Shown here in pieces: positions 40,689 to 56,393 of a stretch of DNA of 64,000 nt. The DNA comes from Octopus vulgaris (Eukaryota). The stretch spans positions 218,674,001 to 218,738,000 of the forward strand of contig OX597814.1 in the NCBI GenBank assembly GCA_951406725.2. Reading direction: 5' to 3'. The translations under genes and the position numbers were made by a program. The notes beneath the pieces were generated by a model. It ran no database searches. It was not told where the DNA came from and was given only the letters and a program-made list of their open reading frames with translations. Numbering within the stretch: the stretch's first letter is position 1; each line of letters begins with the position of its first letter.

Positions 40689-41117
40689 GTGTGTATGTAT
40701 GTATGTATGTATGTGTTTGTGTGTATGTATGTATGTATGTATGTATGTATGTATGTACGTGTGTGTGTGTATGTATGTATGTATGTATGTATGTATGTAT
40801 GTATGTATATATGTGTGTATGTATGTATGTATGTGAGTGTATGTATGTATGTATGTATGTACGTATGTATGTATGTATGTATGTATGTATGTATGTATGT
40901 ATATATGTATATATGTGTGTATGTATGTATGTATGTGAGTGTATGTATGTATGTATGTATGTATGTATGTACGTACGTATGTATGTATGTATGTATGTAT
41001 GTATGTATGTACGTATGTATGTATGTATGTATGTGTGTGTGTATGTATGTATGTATGTAGGTAGGTATGTGTATGTGTATGTATGTATGTATGTATGTAT
41101 GTGCGTGTGTGTGTTTA

Positions 41118-41148
<31 letters not shown>

Positions 41149-41350
41149 ATGTATGTATGTATGCATGCATGCATGCATGTATGTGTGTGTATGTATGTAT
41201 GTATGTATGTATGTATGCGTGAATGTATGTATGTATGTATGTATGTATGTATGTATGTATGCATGTATGTATGTATGTATGTATGTATGTATGTATGTAT
41301 GTATGTATGTATGTATGTTTGTGTGTATGTATGTGTGTGTATGTGTGTGT
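40500..41350. repeat. Mixed (ATGT)n/(GT)n satellite
   Basis: Direct reading. Confidence 0.96.
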
Positions 41351-41444
41351 GTTTACATATCCATACATTCATATAAATGCATACATACAAGCGCGCATAT
41401 TTGTATATGCATGTTTCGATATCTAACTTCTATTTATGCCTCCC

Positions 41445-41499
<55 letters not shown>

Positions 41500-41935
41500 C
41501 TCCCCCTCACCCCTCACCCCCCTCTCTCTCTCTCTCTCTGTTAGTCCGTGTTTGTCTGTCCATTGTGTGCGACAGAAGCACCATTTGTTTAAAATAGCAA
41601 TCTCAGTGTCATACTCAAAGCAGATGCATCAATGAGAGCTTAATCAACTGTGATATTTGCCCTGAGATAGTATCTCTTATAGACGTATAGTGTTAAAAAA
41701 ACAACACAGCAGCAGGCGAAAATTGTCCAGCAGTGGTGGTAGCATTGCTAAATGCGCATTTCTGCCTCTTTGGGATTCCTCGACTAGGAAAGAAAATAGA
41801 AAAGAAAAAGAACTTAATGAATTTTTTTCTAGACTAATTATTTTCCATCTACAAGAATGTCTGGCGTCATTACATGTTTAATTTATACATGTCGGGTTAT
41901 GTCCTGCTGAGAGTTTCTAAAAAGAATGAAATATT

Positions 41936-42936
<1,001 letters not shown>

Positions 42937-43061
42937 ATTGCTACATGTGATTTTTTAAAGACTCGAAATTTCAAAGAACTTTCGGTAATAAGTAAAGTAA
43001 AAGAATAAATATGCATATTCTAGACGTATTCTTCTTCACCAATTTCAAATTCAAGCTTCGA

Positions 43062-43136
43062 ATTCCTCCAAATACAATGAAGAAATGATTCCTCCAAATA
43101 CAATGAAGAAATGATTCCTCCAAATACAATGAAGAA

Positions 43137-43139
<3 letters not shown>
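43062..43139. repeat. 26-bp tandem repeat x3
   Basis: ATTCCTCCAAATACAATGAAGAAATG. Confidence 0.95.
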
Positions 43140-43186
<47 letters not shown>

Positions 43187-43525
43187 AGCCTATTGCCCTA
43201 CGTACTTCTTTCTACCCAGTAAATTCTCTCTGACACCTTCTCATCTATTTCAAGGCACGCTATAAAATGAATGTGCTTGCATACGCTTTGATAAACTTTC
43301 ATTCACAAACGTGCTGACAAGAACATGCTTTCATGCAGTATAAAAACAATAGTCTCGCAAGCATACATAAGTTTCCATAGTTTGATAATAACATTGCCAA
43401 CACACACACACACACACGTACTCACACACGTACTCACACACGTACGCACGTACACACACACATACGCACATACATACATACATACATACATACATACATA
43501 CATACATACATACATACATACATAC

Positions 43526-43961
43526 GGCGATCTTTCGTCTCTAGTAGACCTTTCCGTCGATTTCCGTAAACAAATTTTTTTTTTACATATGGGCTTGCGG
43601 GAACTTTTGAAGTAATATACATACATATACACATACACCGAGTAAAAAATTTCAGTTATCTCTCTCTTTCACACATTACTCTGTCTCTTCACACACACAC
43701 TAACAGAAGCACTTCACTTACACAACATACTGTCTGTCTCCCACACCCCATCAAACACACACACACACACGCACACACACACACATGTACATCAATGCTT
43801 CCCATGCACGGTAACTTCAAAAGAACTTCCCTCGTCATACAATCGCTTTCTCTTAGTCTCTTTCGCTCTCATTACTTCAAAAGTTCCCGCAAGCCCATAT
43901 GTAAAAAAAAAAATTTTTTACGGAAATCGACGGAAAGGTCTACTAGAGACGAAAGATTGCC
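43526..43961. mobile_element. MITE with ~90-bp TIRs inside an (ATAC)n array, probably Mutator-like
   Basis: TIRs 43526-43616 and 43871-43961 start with GG; flanks CATACATAC on both sides. Confidence 0.8.
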
Positions 43962-44498
43962 CATACATACATACATACATACATACATACATACATACAT
44001 ACATACATACATACATACATACATACATACTCACGCACGCTCACAAATACGCATTTTTGCACTAACTGGCACAGTATGATTATATTGTCTTACAAGCATA
44101 CATGCTCTAGTATTATCATGTAAAATTTCTATTGTCGCCTGTCAAACATGAACCCTTTCATGTTGATATTTTCACAAACAATATAAACTTCATTTCGTAT
44201 CACTGAAACATAAACCATCTAACAACAAAGTAGTATAGTATATTTCTGCCATATAAGCCTTTGATATCTTTATTTCACTGCTGTGAGTTGACATGCATGA
44301 CCTGTGTTTTACAAACCGAGCACATTCTCTTGCACAATACACTTCTCATAATTTTTACTTATGTTCGCTATAAATTGATCATCTTCAATATACAACGGAT
44401 TCTCGTCTTTAATTTTTGTTTTTCGTGTTCCCGGATGACCGGGCGTATCACTGGCTATTTATAGCGTTTTCCTTGCCCTTTCTCGAGATGGTTGAATC

Positions 44499-45490
44499 AG
44501 TATGTATGTATGTATGTATGTATGTATGTATGTATGTATGTATGTATGTATGTATGTATGTATGTATGTATGTATGTACGTATGTATGTATGTATGTATG
44601 CATGCATGCATGTATGTATGTATGTATGTATGCATGTATGTATGTATGTATGTATGCATGCATGTATGTATGTATGTATGTATGCATGCATGTATGTATG
44701 TATGTATGTATGTATGTATGTATGCATGCATGTATGTATGTATGTATGTATGCATGTATGTATGTATGTATGTATGTATGTATGTATGTATGTATGCATG
44801 CATGTATGTATGTATGTATGTATGTATGTATGCATGCATGTATGTATGTATGTATGCATGTATGTATGTATGTATGTATGTATGTATGTATGTATGTATG
44901 TATGTATGTATGTATGTATGCATGCATGTATGTATGTATGTATGTATGCATGTATGTATGTATGTATGTATGTATGTATGCATGCATGCATGTATGTATG
45001 TATGTATGTATGTATGTATGTATGCATGTATGTATGTATGTATGTATGTATGTATGCATGCATGTATGTATGTATGTATGTATGCATGTATGTATGTATG
45101 TATGTATGTATGTATGTATGTATGTATGTATGTATGTATGTATGTATGTATGCATGCATGTATGTATGTATGTATGTATGTATGTATGTATGCATGCATG
45201 TATGTATGTATGTATGTATGTAGTATGTATGTATGTATGTATGCATGTATGTATGTATGTATGTATGTATGTATGTATGTATGTATGTATGCATGTATGT
45301 ATGCATACATGTTTGTATGTATGTATGTATGTATGCATGTATGTATGTATGTATGTGTGTATGTATGTATGCATGCATGTATGTATGCATGCATGCATGT
45401 ATGTATGTATGTATGTATGTATGTATGTATGTATGTGTGTATGTATGTATCTATGTATGTGTGCGTGTGTGTGTGTGTGTACGTGTGTGT
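44499..45490. repeat. (ATGT/ATGC)n satellite
   Basis: Direct reading. Confidence 0.98.
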
Positions 45491-46379
45491 AAACTTACAC
45501 ACGAGGATGTGCGCGTTACGATAGAACACGGTTTGTATGTTTTATTTATTGTTTATGTGTGTGTCTTCAAATTTAATCCATATATATATATATATGATTG
45601 TGAACTTATGTCTACCTTGGTCCCTCAAATGGAGAACCCTTGATACGTTTTACAAATTTCCATTGTATCTCTAATCATCTGTAACTGGGGAATATGAATC
45701 AGCCGGCTCTGATTTCTTCCTTTTAAGCTTCTATGCAGATCTATTGCTACGTAGATCACTACAACTGGTCTAGCCTACAGTGAGCAGATTTCAGCAATGC
45801 TGCTTCGCTTCTTTAAGGACAGCTTCGTTGATGAGATGTCATTCGGCATAGCCCAAGATTCTTCATTCTTGTTCTTCAGTTACTATATTGTGTGTTCACA
45901 GTAATCGTTGATGAATACATTCAAGCAACCTGTATATGATTTATACCTCATACTGAGCACACTGTGGGCCTCTAGATTTTGGCCGCAAGTGTCTCCTGGT
46001 TTTTAATTACGAGTGTTGTATGTTCAACTGCCAGCTAGACTGACACATCAACCCCAGCAGTGTTCTTTTGAACAGGTTAACGAAGGCTGCCCTGTGGAAT
46101 GTTAGCTTTCTACATCAATAACCGTCAATCAGGTCCCTCCCGGTTTTGTGACAGCCGCCAGGAGAGTTTCACTGTGAAATAAATGTTTGCACAGTACTCA
46201 CTTCGTAGCTCATCTAATAACCAAATGTTGTGTTATTCGCATGAACGTTGTGTTGTTTGTTTACGTTCCAAATGATTCCCCTAACGGCTCTAGAGTATCT
46301 GGTGGATGGGGCTTTCACAACTCTGATAGTATGGCCTTTCATACTGCAATAAACCGCTTGTGGGTTTATTGCAAACTTA

Positions 46380-46861
46380 TGTAGTGACGCTATACAACAG
46401 TGCACGCGCGCGCAACGTCATCTTCAGTTCGCGTGTGCGGTGTTGGAGCCTTCAGGAAAGGCAGAAGGGAAGTGCCCTCTCGCGCATGCGCGAAGACCGG
46501 AAGAAGGAATTGCTGATGTGGCAATAGCTGATTAGGCGAGGGAGCGTTAACCTTAACCAAAAGGGTACAGAGACACGTAGCAGTCAGCAGAACGCTTTCG
46601 ATACCAAATTGTTGCAGACCGTATTTTCTTCGCTCTCTAAGGACGCCATATTTGACCAGCTCTGTTTTGCTGCTGAACTTGTAAGATTCTTACAAGCGTT
46701 AAAGTTCAGCCTTGCCACATCCAGACCCAAGTGGAACCAAATATACCACCTTATTTCTTACTGTTATAAGAAAAATAAAGAGTATATATTTTTACTGTTG
46801 CGTTTGTGTTCTTTGACTGGTAGAATCTGGAAATTAAAAGAAGCAACTAATTCCCGTTACA
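46380..46861 (+). mobile_element. Solo LTR, 482 bp (family L2, distantly related to L1)
   Basis: TGTAGTGACGC...CGTTACA termini and 4-bp TSD CTTA; shares 5' terminus and GCGCATGCG block with L1. Confidence 0.8.
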
Positions 46862-48114
46862 CTTACGATTGATTGCTTTTCGTTCACGAAGTTGTTTGCT
46901 TTTTTACCTGTGTAAAACAATTGTTCATTTACTACTCGCAGTCTGTATTTAAGGGCAATGTATTCTCGTTATTGTTTCTTGTCAACATTTCCCATAGACT
47001 TCAGTTGCAGCTGGTGGTTCATGAATTTACTATTCATTTCACCCGTGATGATTGTATCCAACTGTCCAATATTTTCCACGAGTCTGTCGATATGTGCCTG
47101 GTTGTTTCTTCTCGCAGAGATCGATCACTGCTACTTTCATCTGTTGGCGAATGGCAATCGCACCACTTTACAACCGACGAACATTCAATGTCCAAAAGTC
47201 GGGATTTTCAATTTCTGCTAATTGTTCTTTAGCTATTTGGTCCATTGCAGATAACCTTTGGTCGGTAGGTTTTGCATCGATTCGTGTAGTAATTGTTAAT
47301 GTAGACAGTGAACTTTTGCTAGAATTTTGTTGTTAAATGTTCTTTCAGTATTCTTCACTCATTATTTCTGTTTGTTCGTAATCAGTCACTGCTCGCTAGT
47401 GTAATGGCGATATGTTCGTTTCAGTTTTATTGCTATCGTGATCCGTATTGTTCACAATCTTCTCAAGAGAAGGATTGACTGGTCTACGTATGTATGTATG
47501 TATGTATGTATGTGTGTGTGTGTGTGTGTGTGCGCGTGTGTATCATTATTCAGTTTTATTTCAAGATTTCTTTTCAATGGAGAAAGAGCCGGTTTCTAAC
47601 CTAGATCCAAGGCTCCTTCATTGGAATTTCAACAACATCAACAGGGTATTTTTGCATGTATGCATATATGTGTGCTGTATTTGGTGTCAGTGCATGTGCA
47701 GATTTGTATGTCTTGTTTTATGTATATATTCTCATGCATATAGTTGCATGTCTAGACTTGCTCATATATACTTAAATGATAAACTTCTGGGAAGTTTTAC
47801 AGATTTTTACAGTTCCGGTGATAGATTGGATCTGTAGTCTTCGAATTAGCTTTCTTCTTTCTGGTTTTCAGAAGCCTAATTTCTCAAGATAAGTACTTGG
47901 ACAAGTTGTTGATTACATGTGTTGTGTCCTCCAAAGATAAACAATATAATCGACATTTGCGGTCCCCATTTGAACTCAGTTAAAGACTTACTGTTTTGTA
48001 GTAACTTTATGAAGCAAAATCTTAACAACTAAAATCTTATGTTGTGACAAAAGCCATGTGGCACTTGATTGCAATAACTGTAATATTTTTTTAATATTAA
48101 TCACAATAAGAAGA

Positions 48115-48325
48115 TGGCGAGCTGGCGGAACCCTTAGCCTGCCGGACAAAAATACTTAACGACATTTCGTCCGTCTTTACGCTCTGAGTTTAAATTCTGC
48201 CGTGATCGACTTGGCCTTTCATTCTTTCGGAATCGATAAAATAAGTACCAAGTGAACTGTGGAAGTGATGTAATCGACTTACACCGTCCCCTGACTTTGT
48301 TGGTCCTTCGTCAAAATTTGAAGCC
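48115..48325 (+). mobile_element. Degenerate SINE family C
   Basis: GGCGAGCTGGCGGAA...GAGTTTAAATTC...CCTTTCATTCTTTCGG. Confidence 0.8.
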
Positions 48326-48398
48326 ACTAATACGAAGTACTTTCATTTCATTACTTCTTTGCTTAAGCTAAGATTAGTCATTTTTATTTTGTAGTATA

Positions 48399-48876
<478 letters not shown>

Positions 48877-49221
48877 TATATCATATTTTTCTATTTTCAA
48901 AAGCGCCATTATTACCATACGGCAATAACATGCACGCGCGCATAACGACTGAAGAGGTATCAGTTCTGAATAGCTGTCTAAATATCTTAACGTGGATATA
49001 CCGTAAGAAAGCCGTAATGCTGCAGTACTCGTTTTGAGAAAGCATCTCTTATAGACGTACAATGCCCAAAAGAATCAGTAGGATACTATACGTAGAAATC
49101 CTGGAATCTAGCAACCGCTACTGCTAGACAATACTTGTCTGCTGTTGATACGTTTTGTGTATTTTAGGCCAATACGTCTATATGACAGGCCTTCTCAAGA
49201 CGAATACCGCAGTATTACGAC

Positions 49222-49656
49222 TGCAACTGGATGAAAGATCTGTAACACTGGAGGGGTGCAGCTCTCATCCTTTACATTAAATTATTTATCGAAGGAAAAG
49301 CCAAGACTTCTGAATATCTTCAACAGCATAAATCTTTTATTTCTGGATTCGCAATATTTACATTCTTCTTCCGGGCGAATCGGTAGCCTAGGAGCTCGTT
49401 GCGGTGGTCAAGTGGAATGAGGCAAATCCTGTCTGTTCCAGCATAGTGTAGCAACGCCACGAGGTTGCAGCTTGGGAGAGATGTTAAAACTCGACCGTCC
49501 TGTTCGACTGTCAGCATTCGAGAGAGGTCGATACGCGGAAAATTTTGCTGCTGCTAGTTTACTGCGCATGCGCATGAGGGAACTTCCAGCAGGCCTCCCG
49601 GAAGAATCCAAACTCTGCGCATGCGTGCTGAAGATTTCCAAAATGGCGTCGCTACA
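49222..49656 (-). mobile_element. Solo LTR, 435 bp (family L1)
   Basis: Reverse-complement homolog of 5768-6202; TG...CA ends; own TSD CGAC. Confidence 0.88.
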
Positions 49657-49799
49657 CGACTTCCTTACAGCATATCTACGTTAAGTAAGATATACAGATT
49701 GCTATACATACATATATACCTGTATATATGTATACATATATACATGTATGTATGTAGATATGCATACATGTATGTATGCATCCATATATACAGGTACGT

Positions 49800-50027
49800 G
49801 GCGGCGAGCTGGCAGAGTCGTTAGCACGCCGGGCAAAATGGTTAGCGGTATTTCGTCTGCCGTTAGGTTCTGAGTTCAAATTCCGCCGAGGTCGACTTTG
49901 CCTTTCATCCTTTCGGGGTCAATTAAATAAGTACCAGTTACGCACTGGGGTTGATATAATCGACTTAATCCGATTGTCTGTCCTTGTTTGTCCCCTCTAT
50001 GTTTATCCCCTTGTGGGTAATAAAGAA
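49800..50027 (+). mobile_element. Full-length monomeric SINE family C
   Basis: GGCGGCGAGCTGGCAGAGTCG head through ...GGGTAATAAAGAA tail; serves as the monomer reference. Confidence 0.92.
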
Positions 50028-50037
50028 TTATATATAC

Positions 50038-50890
50038 ATGTATGTATGTATGTATGTATGTATGTATGTATGTATGTATGCATGTATGCATGTATGTATG
50101 TATGTATGTATGTATGTATGTATGTATGTATGTATGTATGTATGTATGTATTTATGTATGTATGTATGTATGTATATATTTATGTATGTATGTATGTATG
50201 TATGTATGTGTGTATGTATGTATGTATGTATGTACGTATTTATGTATGTATGTATGTATGTATGTATGTATGTATGTATGTATGTTGTATGTATGTATGT
50301 ATATGTGTGTGTGTTTGTATGTATGTATGTATGTATGTTTGTATGTATGTATGTATGTATGTATGTATGTATGTATGTATGTATGTATGTATGTATGTAT
50401 GTATGTATGTATGTGTGTGTATGTATGTATGTATGTATGTATGTGTGTATGTATGTATGTATGTATGTGTGTGTATGTATGTATGTATGTATGTATGTAT
50501 GTATGTATGTATGTATGTATGTATGTATGTATGTATGTATGTATGTATGTATGTATGTATGTATGTATGTATGTATGTATGTATGTATGTATGTGTGTAT
50601 GTATGTATGTATGTATGTATGTATGTGTGTATGTATGTATGTATGTATGTGTATGTATGTATGTATGTATGTATGTATGTATGTGTGTATGTATGTATGT
50701 ATGTATGTATGTATGTGTGTATGTATGTATGTATGTATGTATGTATGTATGTATGTATGTATGTATGTATGTATGTATGTGTATGTATGTATGTATGTAT
50801 GTATGTGTGTATGTATGTATGTATGTATTTATGTATGTATGTATGTATGTATGTATGTATGTATGTATGTATGTATGTATGTATGTTTGT
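50038..50890. repeat. (ATGT)n satellite
   Basis: Direct reading. Confidence 0.98.
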
Positions 50891-51029
50891 GTGTATATGT
50901 CCCGCTTGCGTGTGTGTGTTTATATCAATAGTCTAACATTAAATTGAAGAATTATTTAATACTTTTTTTGTAGAGTTGCATGCTTATTATTCTTTTACTT
51001 TGCTACCGCTTTTGCAAAAGTAAGTGTGA

Positions 51030-51088
<59 letters not shown>

Positions 51089-51646
51089 CGCGCGCTTTTG
51101 TGTCACTGCGTGCGTGCGTGCATGTGCGTGTAATATTTGTATGAACGTATTTATGAACAAATACACAGAATCATATGTGTTGCTATTGGATACATTATGC
51201 TTAACATCCTTTTCATTGCTGTTGTTACGGCAACCATTTGTCATGTGTTAATTTTATGCTGTAACAATATTCTCGTCCTCCTTTGAATTTCTCTGACACC
51301 TTGAGTTAATCTTGCATTAACAATTGCTAAAGGGTGCAGGTGTCTCTGTATTTATTATGGATAAAGTTTTAATTAGTATGAATAATCTGCTAGATTGTTA
51401 GAAATCTGTAAGGTGATTGTTTCAGCTTTGTTCACACATTTATACAAAAGATTTTCTACAGCTTGAATCTTGATCTTGGCTCCTGTCTAAATAACTTTAA
51501 CGCCTCTCTATCACCTGTTTTCAGGATCTGATGGAAAGTTGCTGGTCAACTTAAATATTTACTGTGTAACATTTTAAAAAGCGCGAACAGAAAATAAACC
51601 GTAAATTTATCTTTTAGGCACGCTTAACGTCCATGTTAAAAATAGA

Positions 51647-51873
51647 ATACTCTTTACTCTTTTTACTTGTTTCAGTCATTTGACTGCGGCCATGCTGGAG
51701 CACCGCCTTTAGTCGAGCAAATCGACCCCGGGACTTATTCTTTTGTAAGCCCAGTACTTATTCTATCGGTCTCTTTTTGCCGAACCGCTAAGTGACGGGG
51801 ACGTAAACACACCAGCATCGGTTGTCAAGCAATGCTAGGGGGACAAACACAGACACAAACATACACACAAACA

Positions 51874-51915
<42 letters not shown>

Positions 51916-52078
51916 TACGACAGGCTTCTTTCAGTTTCCGTCTACCAAATCCACTCACAAGGCTTTGGTCGGCCCGGGGCTATAGCAGAAGATACTTGCC
52001 CAAGATGCCACGCAGTGGGACTGAACCCAGAACCATGTGGTTGGTAAGCAAGCTACTTACCACACAGCCACTCCTGCG
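51647..52078 (-). mobile_element. SINE family B
   Basis: Reverse complement of 48399-48876. Confidence 0.92.
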
Positions 52079-53653
52079 TTACTCTTTCTGAGTAATTCTT
52101 TTTTCAGATACTTTTAATGTGCCAACGAAAAAATATTTCCCCCAAATCGTTCGAGCGTGTTTTTCTCGTCTTTGTCATCTTTTTTTAAACAATTTTTTTT
52201 TTTAATCCATGAGCAGAGGTACCCAATCCGTTCTATGTTTCGAACACTTAAATGTTTGATTAATTTTCGCACTCTGTACAGTAATGACGTCACATTTGAA
52301 GATGAAATATAAATTTTCTAATAAGTTATTTAGTATTTTTCAATTAACTACACATAATGATGTAGGTGAACAAATTGGACTTTACAACAATAAGCACTTG
52401 ACACAGTATAAATAAAAACTAAATTTAAATTGAGGAAAATAAAATAAAACTAAACAAGGAAATCAATCTAAATCACGATAACTGCTTTCTTCTTGCTTTT
52501 CAATTACGCGGGGCACACTGTGCAGTTGTCCATAAGCCCAACAGATCTTGGAGCTTAATTCTGATCTACGTATTCTGTGGCTTGCTGTTGATAAATAAAT
52601 TCTTTAGGGCCCTAAGCATTTATTTGCTTGGAGGCCTATAATGCAGCTAAGACGGCCTTGAATTCACGATTTTATCAAAATGAGAAAAATGTTCTTGTTT
52701 TACGATCTACAGATGTGATTGTGGATTCAGGCAATTTTGAGGTTTTTTTCTTGGTTGACGAAATAAAACTGGACCCAGATGCACTGCAAACGGAATGACG
52801 AATGGTCAGAATCTTTTCAGAGTTACATTTACATTTATAGAGTAATACCATTCTCGACACGCTGAATAGAATAACGTTATCTTAAAGAGAAGTCAGTAAG
52901 TTTTATTCTGAAAAGTGATTATAATAACGCATATACTTTTTATCTTCGTCACCCGAAATGCTATCTCGCAACCCGCCCAAAGAGCATGTGGAAGTGGTTA
53001 GATGGATGATAGATATTTGTGTAGGCTGCGTATTGTTCCCATATAACAACAACAAAAAAACCAAGTTACCATATAAAATTTTCAGCGCATCACATTTATT
53101 TACAAAAAGACATTACAAAATTGTCTGCCGAGATTGTTTAGTTAGATGTCAGGAGTGTATCTATGTATTGAGAAATATAAGAAAATATGCTTTCATATTT
53201 GATGAGATGCTCTTTTAACATGGCTGCCAATAAGCAAGACTATCTCTAACGAACTCTGCTAAGCTTCTCTCCTCTCGGATTTTTCTTCCGGTGCATGCCA
53301 ATTTATAGCCATATTTTGACAGGAAATTGCATGGAAATTTCCATAGAAATCACGCGATCACACAACCGCACCTCTCTTACAATTTGTCAAAATACAGTGC
53401 AAAATCACCTGATATGTCGTAGGCTTTTATTCTTGTTACTGAGATATCAAGGTTTCGAATTGCAAGCGTCGCTACAGATATGACATCTTGAATAATTCAT
53501 ATTCTTTGATTCAAATTTTCGGCTGCTGTTTAATCCAGGTCAGCCCTGATCAAACAAGTTATAATCAAAGGTATTTTAACTTGTCCATCCTGTCTTTTGC
53601 ATATCAGGAAGTAAATTGACTCCTTTTAATACGTTGAGATGTGATTTGAGAGA

Positions 53654-55010
53654 TGTGGAATGTGTTTTGTATGTGTGATTATGCCGGTTGGAAATAACAT
53701 CACTAAGTGAGACAAGCTGACACTGAGTCAGCTCCGTTGACTGACAGGTGACGGTCGTTTAGAGAATGCGCGGGCTAAAACTACGCGCCTTCACTAGTTA
53801 GTTAAGGTGAGACAGTGTCACATGACAACTTGCTGGGGCTGCCTGCTGGAGCCTAGCGGCAGGTATTTAAAGGGACAAATTTGACAAGTCAGTCAGTCAC
53901 CGGCTGACACTCGCTGACAATACATCGAAGATGCCAGTGAACAGAAGAAAGAAGAAAGAAGACATGCACCCAACACCAGAGCTGAAGACACCTCCGAAAG
54001 GGGTGGGGCACCACGTCAAAACGGTAGAGGGGTAGGGGCCGAAACCGGACGTGGCTCCTCCTGATGATGTCTTCAGCTAACTGGATCCTATAAAGGAGCT
54101 GTTGTGGTAGCAGACCACGAAACACGGTTGTAATTCCTCCTGTGTGTAAATGTGTTTATTATGTGTTGTGTGAAATGTCTAACGTTAATCACTTCACAGC
54201 GTGTGCCGTGTGCCGTGTTGCCCCCTTTTGTGCCACCAATACTGCTCGGGTTGCCATGCGGCTTGCAAGACTAAAACCTCGAGAGAGGCAGTTTTTTGCT
54301 GGCAGATATGGGGGCTAAAGCATCAGATAAGGGACCACTGGAGAACAGGTTTCCTGCTATAGAGCGACTACACGGCTCCTCACATTTCAGAAGAGAGGGT
54401 GGAAAGTGTTTTCCCGGTGGAACGAGCAGAGATAAAGTAGTTGTGATGAGGTATCTGTACGGACTCTGAAGTATGAAGTGATTCGAAAAGTGAGTGAAGG
54501 GCAGAAGAACCAGGGGTGTGGGTAGGTAGAAGTTGCAAGGGTGTATGGCAAGCTGAGAGATGGAGAAAGTGAAGGAGTGAATATAAAGAAAGAAAGACAA
54601 GTATTGAGTGAATAATAAGTGAAGGCGGTAGGGAAGAGTAAGTGACAAAAGGGTTAAGGGGCGGACGTAGTGAATGGTAGATAAAGTTAGGGGGGGGGGA
54701 CCAGTTAATGAATGGGGATTAAGAGTAGCAGAATATTAATGATGATATAGTAGACAAGGGAACGATAAGAGTGTGAAAGAATGAAAGCGAGCGAGTGAGC
54801 AAGAGAGAGAAAGAGAGAGAGAGAGAGAATTTCTTTACTCACCATAAGGTTGAGAAAAAGAGGGGACAATACGGGGACAGACAAAACAAACGTTGGGGTC
54901 AGGGTATCGAATGAGACGAAACGTAAGAATAAACAGACAATTAAAATATATACAATTAAATAACAAAAAAATGAAGCGGGGGACGCGGTTGACCCCACAA
55001 ACCACAGACT
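53654..55010 (+). mobile_element. Unclassified LTR-like insertion
   Basis: GC-richer block starting TGTGG, TATA-like TATTTAAA at ~53864, candidate CA ends at 54198 or 55006; no convincing TSD. Confidence 0.35.
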
Positions 55011-55707
55011 CACACTGAAGATTTTGCTTTCTCCTTTTTTATATTCTCGTTTAAACAGAGAGTTAAAAACATAAAGAACACTGGCAGTTTCGTATAAGAC
55101 AAGTTGCTGTCGGTTTCATACCAGATCTGCAGCTGGTACAAGGACCGAAGGCCACATGTTGGTGGAATTGTACTGAAGATAGGGCAATGATAAGAAATTA
55201 TGGTAATCTCTCGTAGTCCGAGAAAGACTGTTCTACAATTTATTTGCTGAACAACCTGTACGAACGATTTGCTTATGGTATCAAATGCTTGAGCTGTACA
55301 TTGGCTCACTTTCCCCATCAAATGGACATTGCCTGAACAGGTACACGGTGTACCTCATGTCAGGTGCCGAAGTTATCGTAGAGCAACGTAAGTTGAAGCG
55401 TTTTGCCCAAGAACACAATGCACGACTACCCTGTCCAGGAATTGAAACCGCTAGGTTATGCGCCCTCACGGATGATAGGACAATAAAAGTTAAGTAACAG
55501 ACCTGGAAAGACTGGAAAAATGTGGGAAACAAAGAACAGTATCAAGTAACCTGGAGTCTGCACATTCAAGGTGAGAATCAGAAATGAAAGTAATCAGAAC
55601 TTTCACTCGTGCAGCCAACACTTAAATCTGACTCTTATCCTAACCTTAACAGAACATTTACCAAATGTTTTGTATCTGTTTTCTTCATAGAATTTTATCC
55701 ATCTTAA

Positions 55708-55890
55708 AGGCGGCGAGCTGGTAGAATCGTTAGCACGCCGGGCAAAATGCTTAGCGGCATTTCGTCCGTCTTTACGTTCTGAGTTCAAATTCAGTCGAGT
55801 TTGACTTTGCCTTTCATCGTTTTTGGGGTCAATAAAATAAATACCAGTTGGACATTGGAATCGATGTAATAGACTTACCCGCTCCCTTAA
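55708..55890 (+). mobile_element. SINE family C
   Basis: Head and core match 49800-50027. Confidence 0.85.
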
Positions 55891-56393
55891 AGTTGTTGGC
55901 TTTTCACACCTACATGAACTTACCTGCCCACTCACCCTGTCCAGTTTTTTGCACCTCATCACTCCACCCCCTGTACACTAACGTTTGCCAGAACACATCT
56001 TTTTCATCATATTTTTTTCTCTCTCTCTTTCTTTTTTCTCTCTCTCTTTCTTTTTTCTCTCTCTCCTCCCCTCTCTCTTTTTCCAAATAAGGTTATGTAT
56101 CTCCTCTACTGCAAGTCTCCTATTTCTGTCCTATTATCTATCATAAAGCGGACGTTAAATGATGACGACGACGATGCTGCTGCTGCTGCTTCTACATACA
56201 ACTTATTTACATATTGGTAAAGCGATCTGTTGACTGATAAATGGCCTTGTCTGAAATACAACACAGCTCTGGTCATGCGATTTTGAACGATCAACATTCT
56301 GATTGATATGCCAGCTTCGTAACAACTTGACTAGCAATAGTTCTTGTGTAAGTTTTAGAGCAGCCGAATATTCTAAGATGTTGCAGACGATTA

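Noticed and set aside
45650-47450. Possible LINE ORF1/gag-like remnant on the minus strand around the L2 LTR
   Set aside because: Only vague Cys/His spacing with many stops; not supportable by eye.
48949-49010. CTGAAGAGG hammerhead half
   Set aside because: No paired stem II followed by GAAA.
54061-54140. Hammerhead from CTGATGA...CGAAACACGGTTGTA
   Set aside because: Stem I partner is absent and stem II does not close properly.
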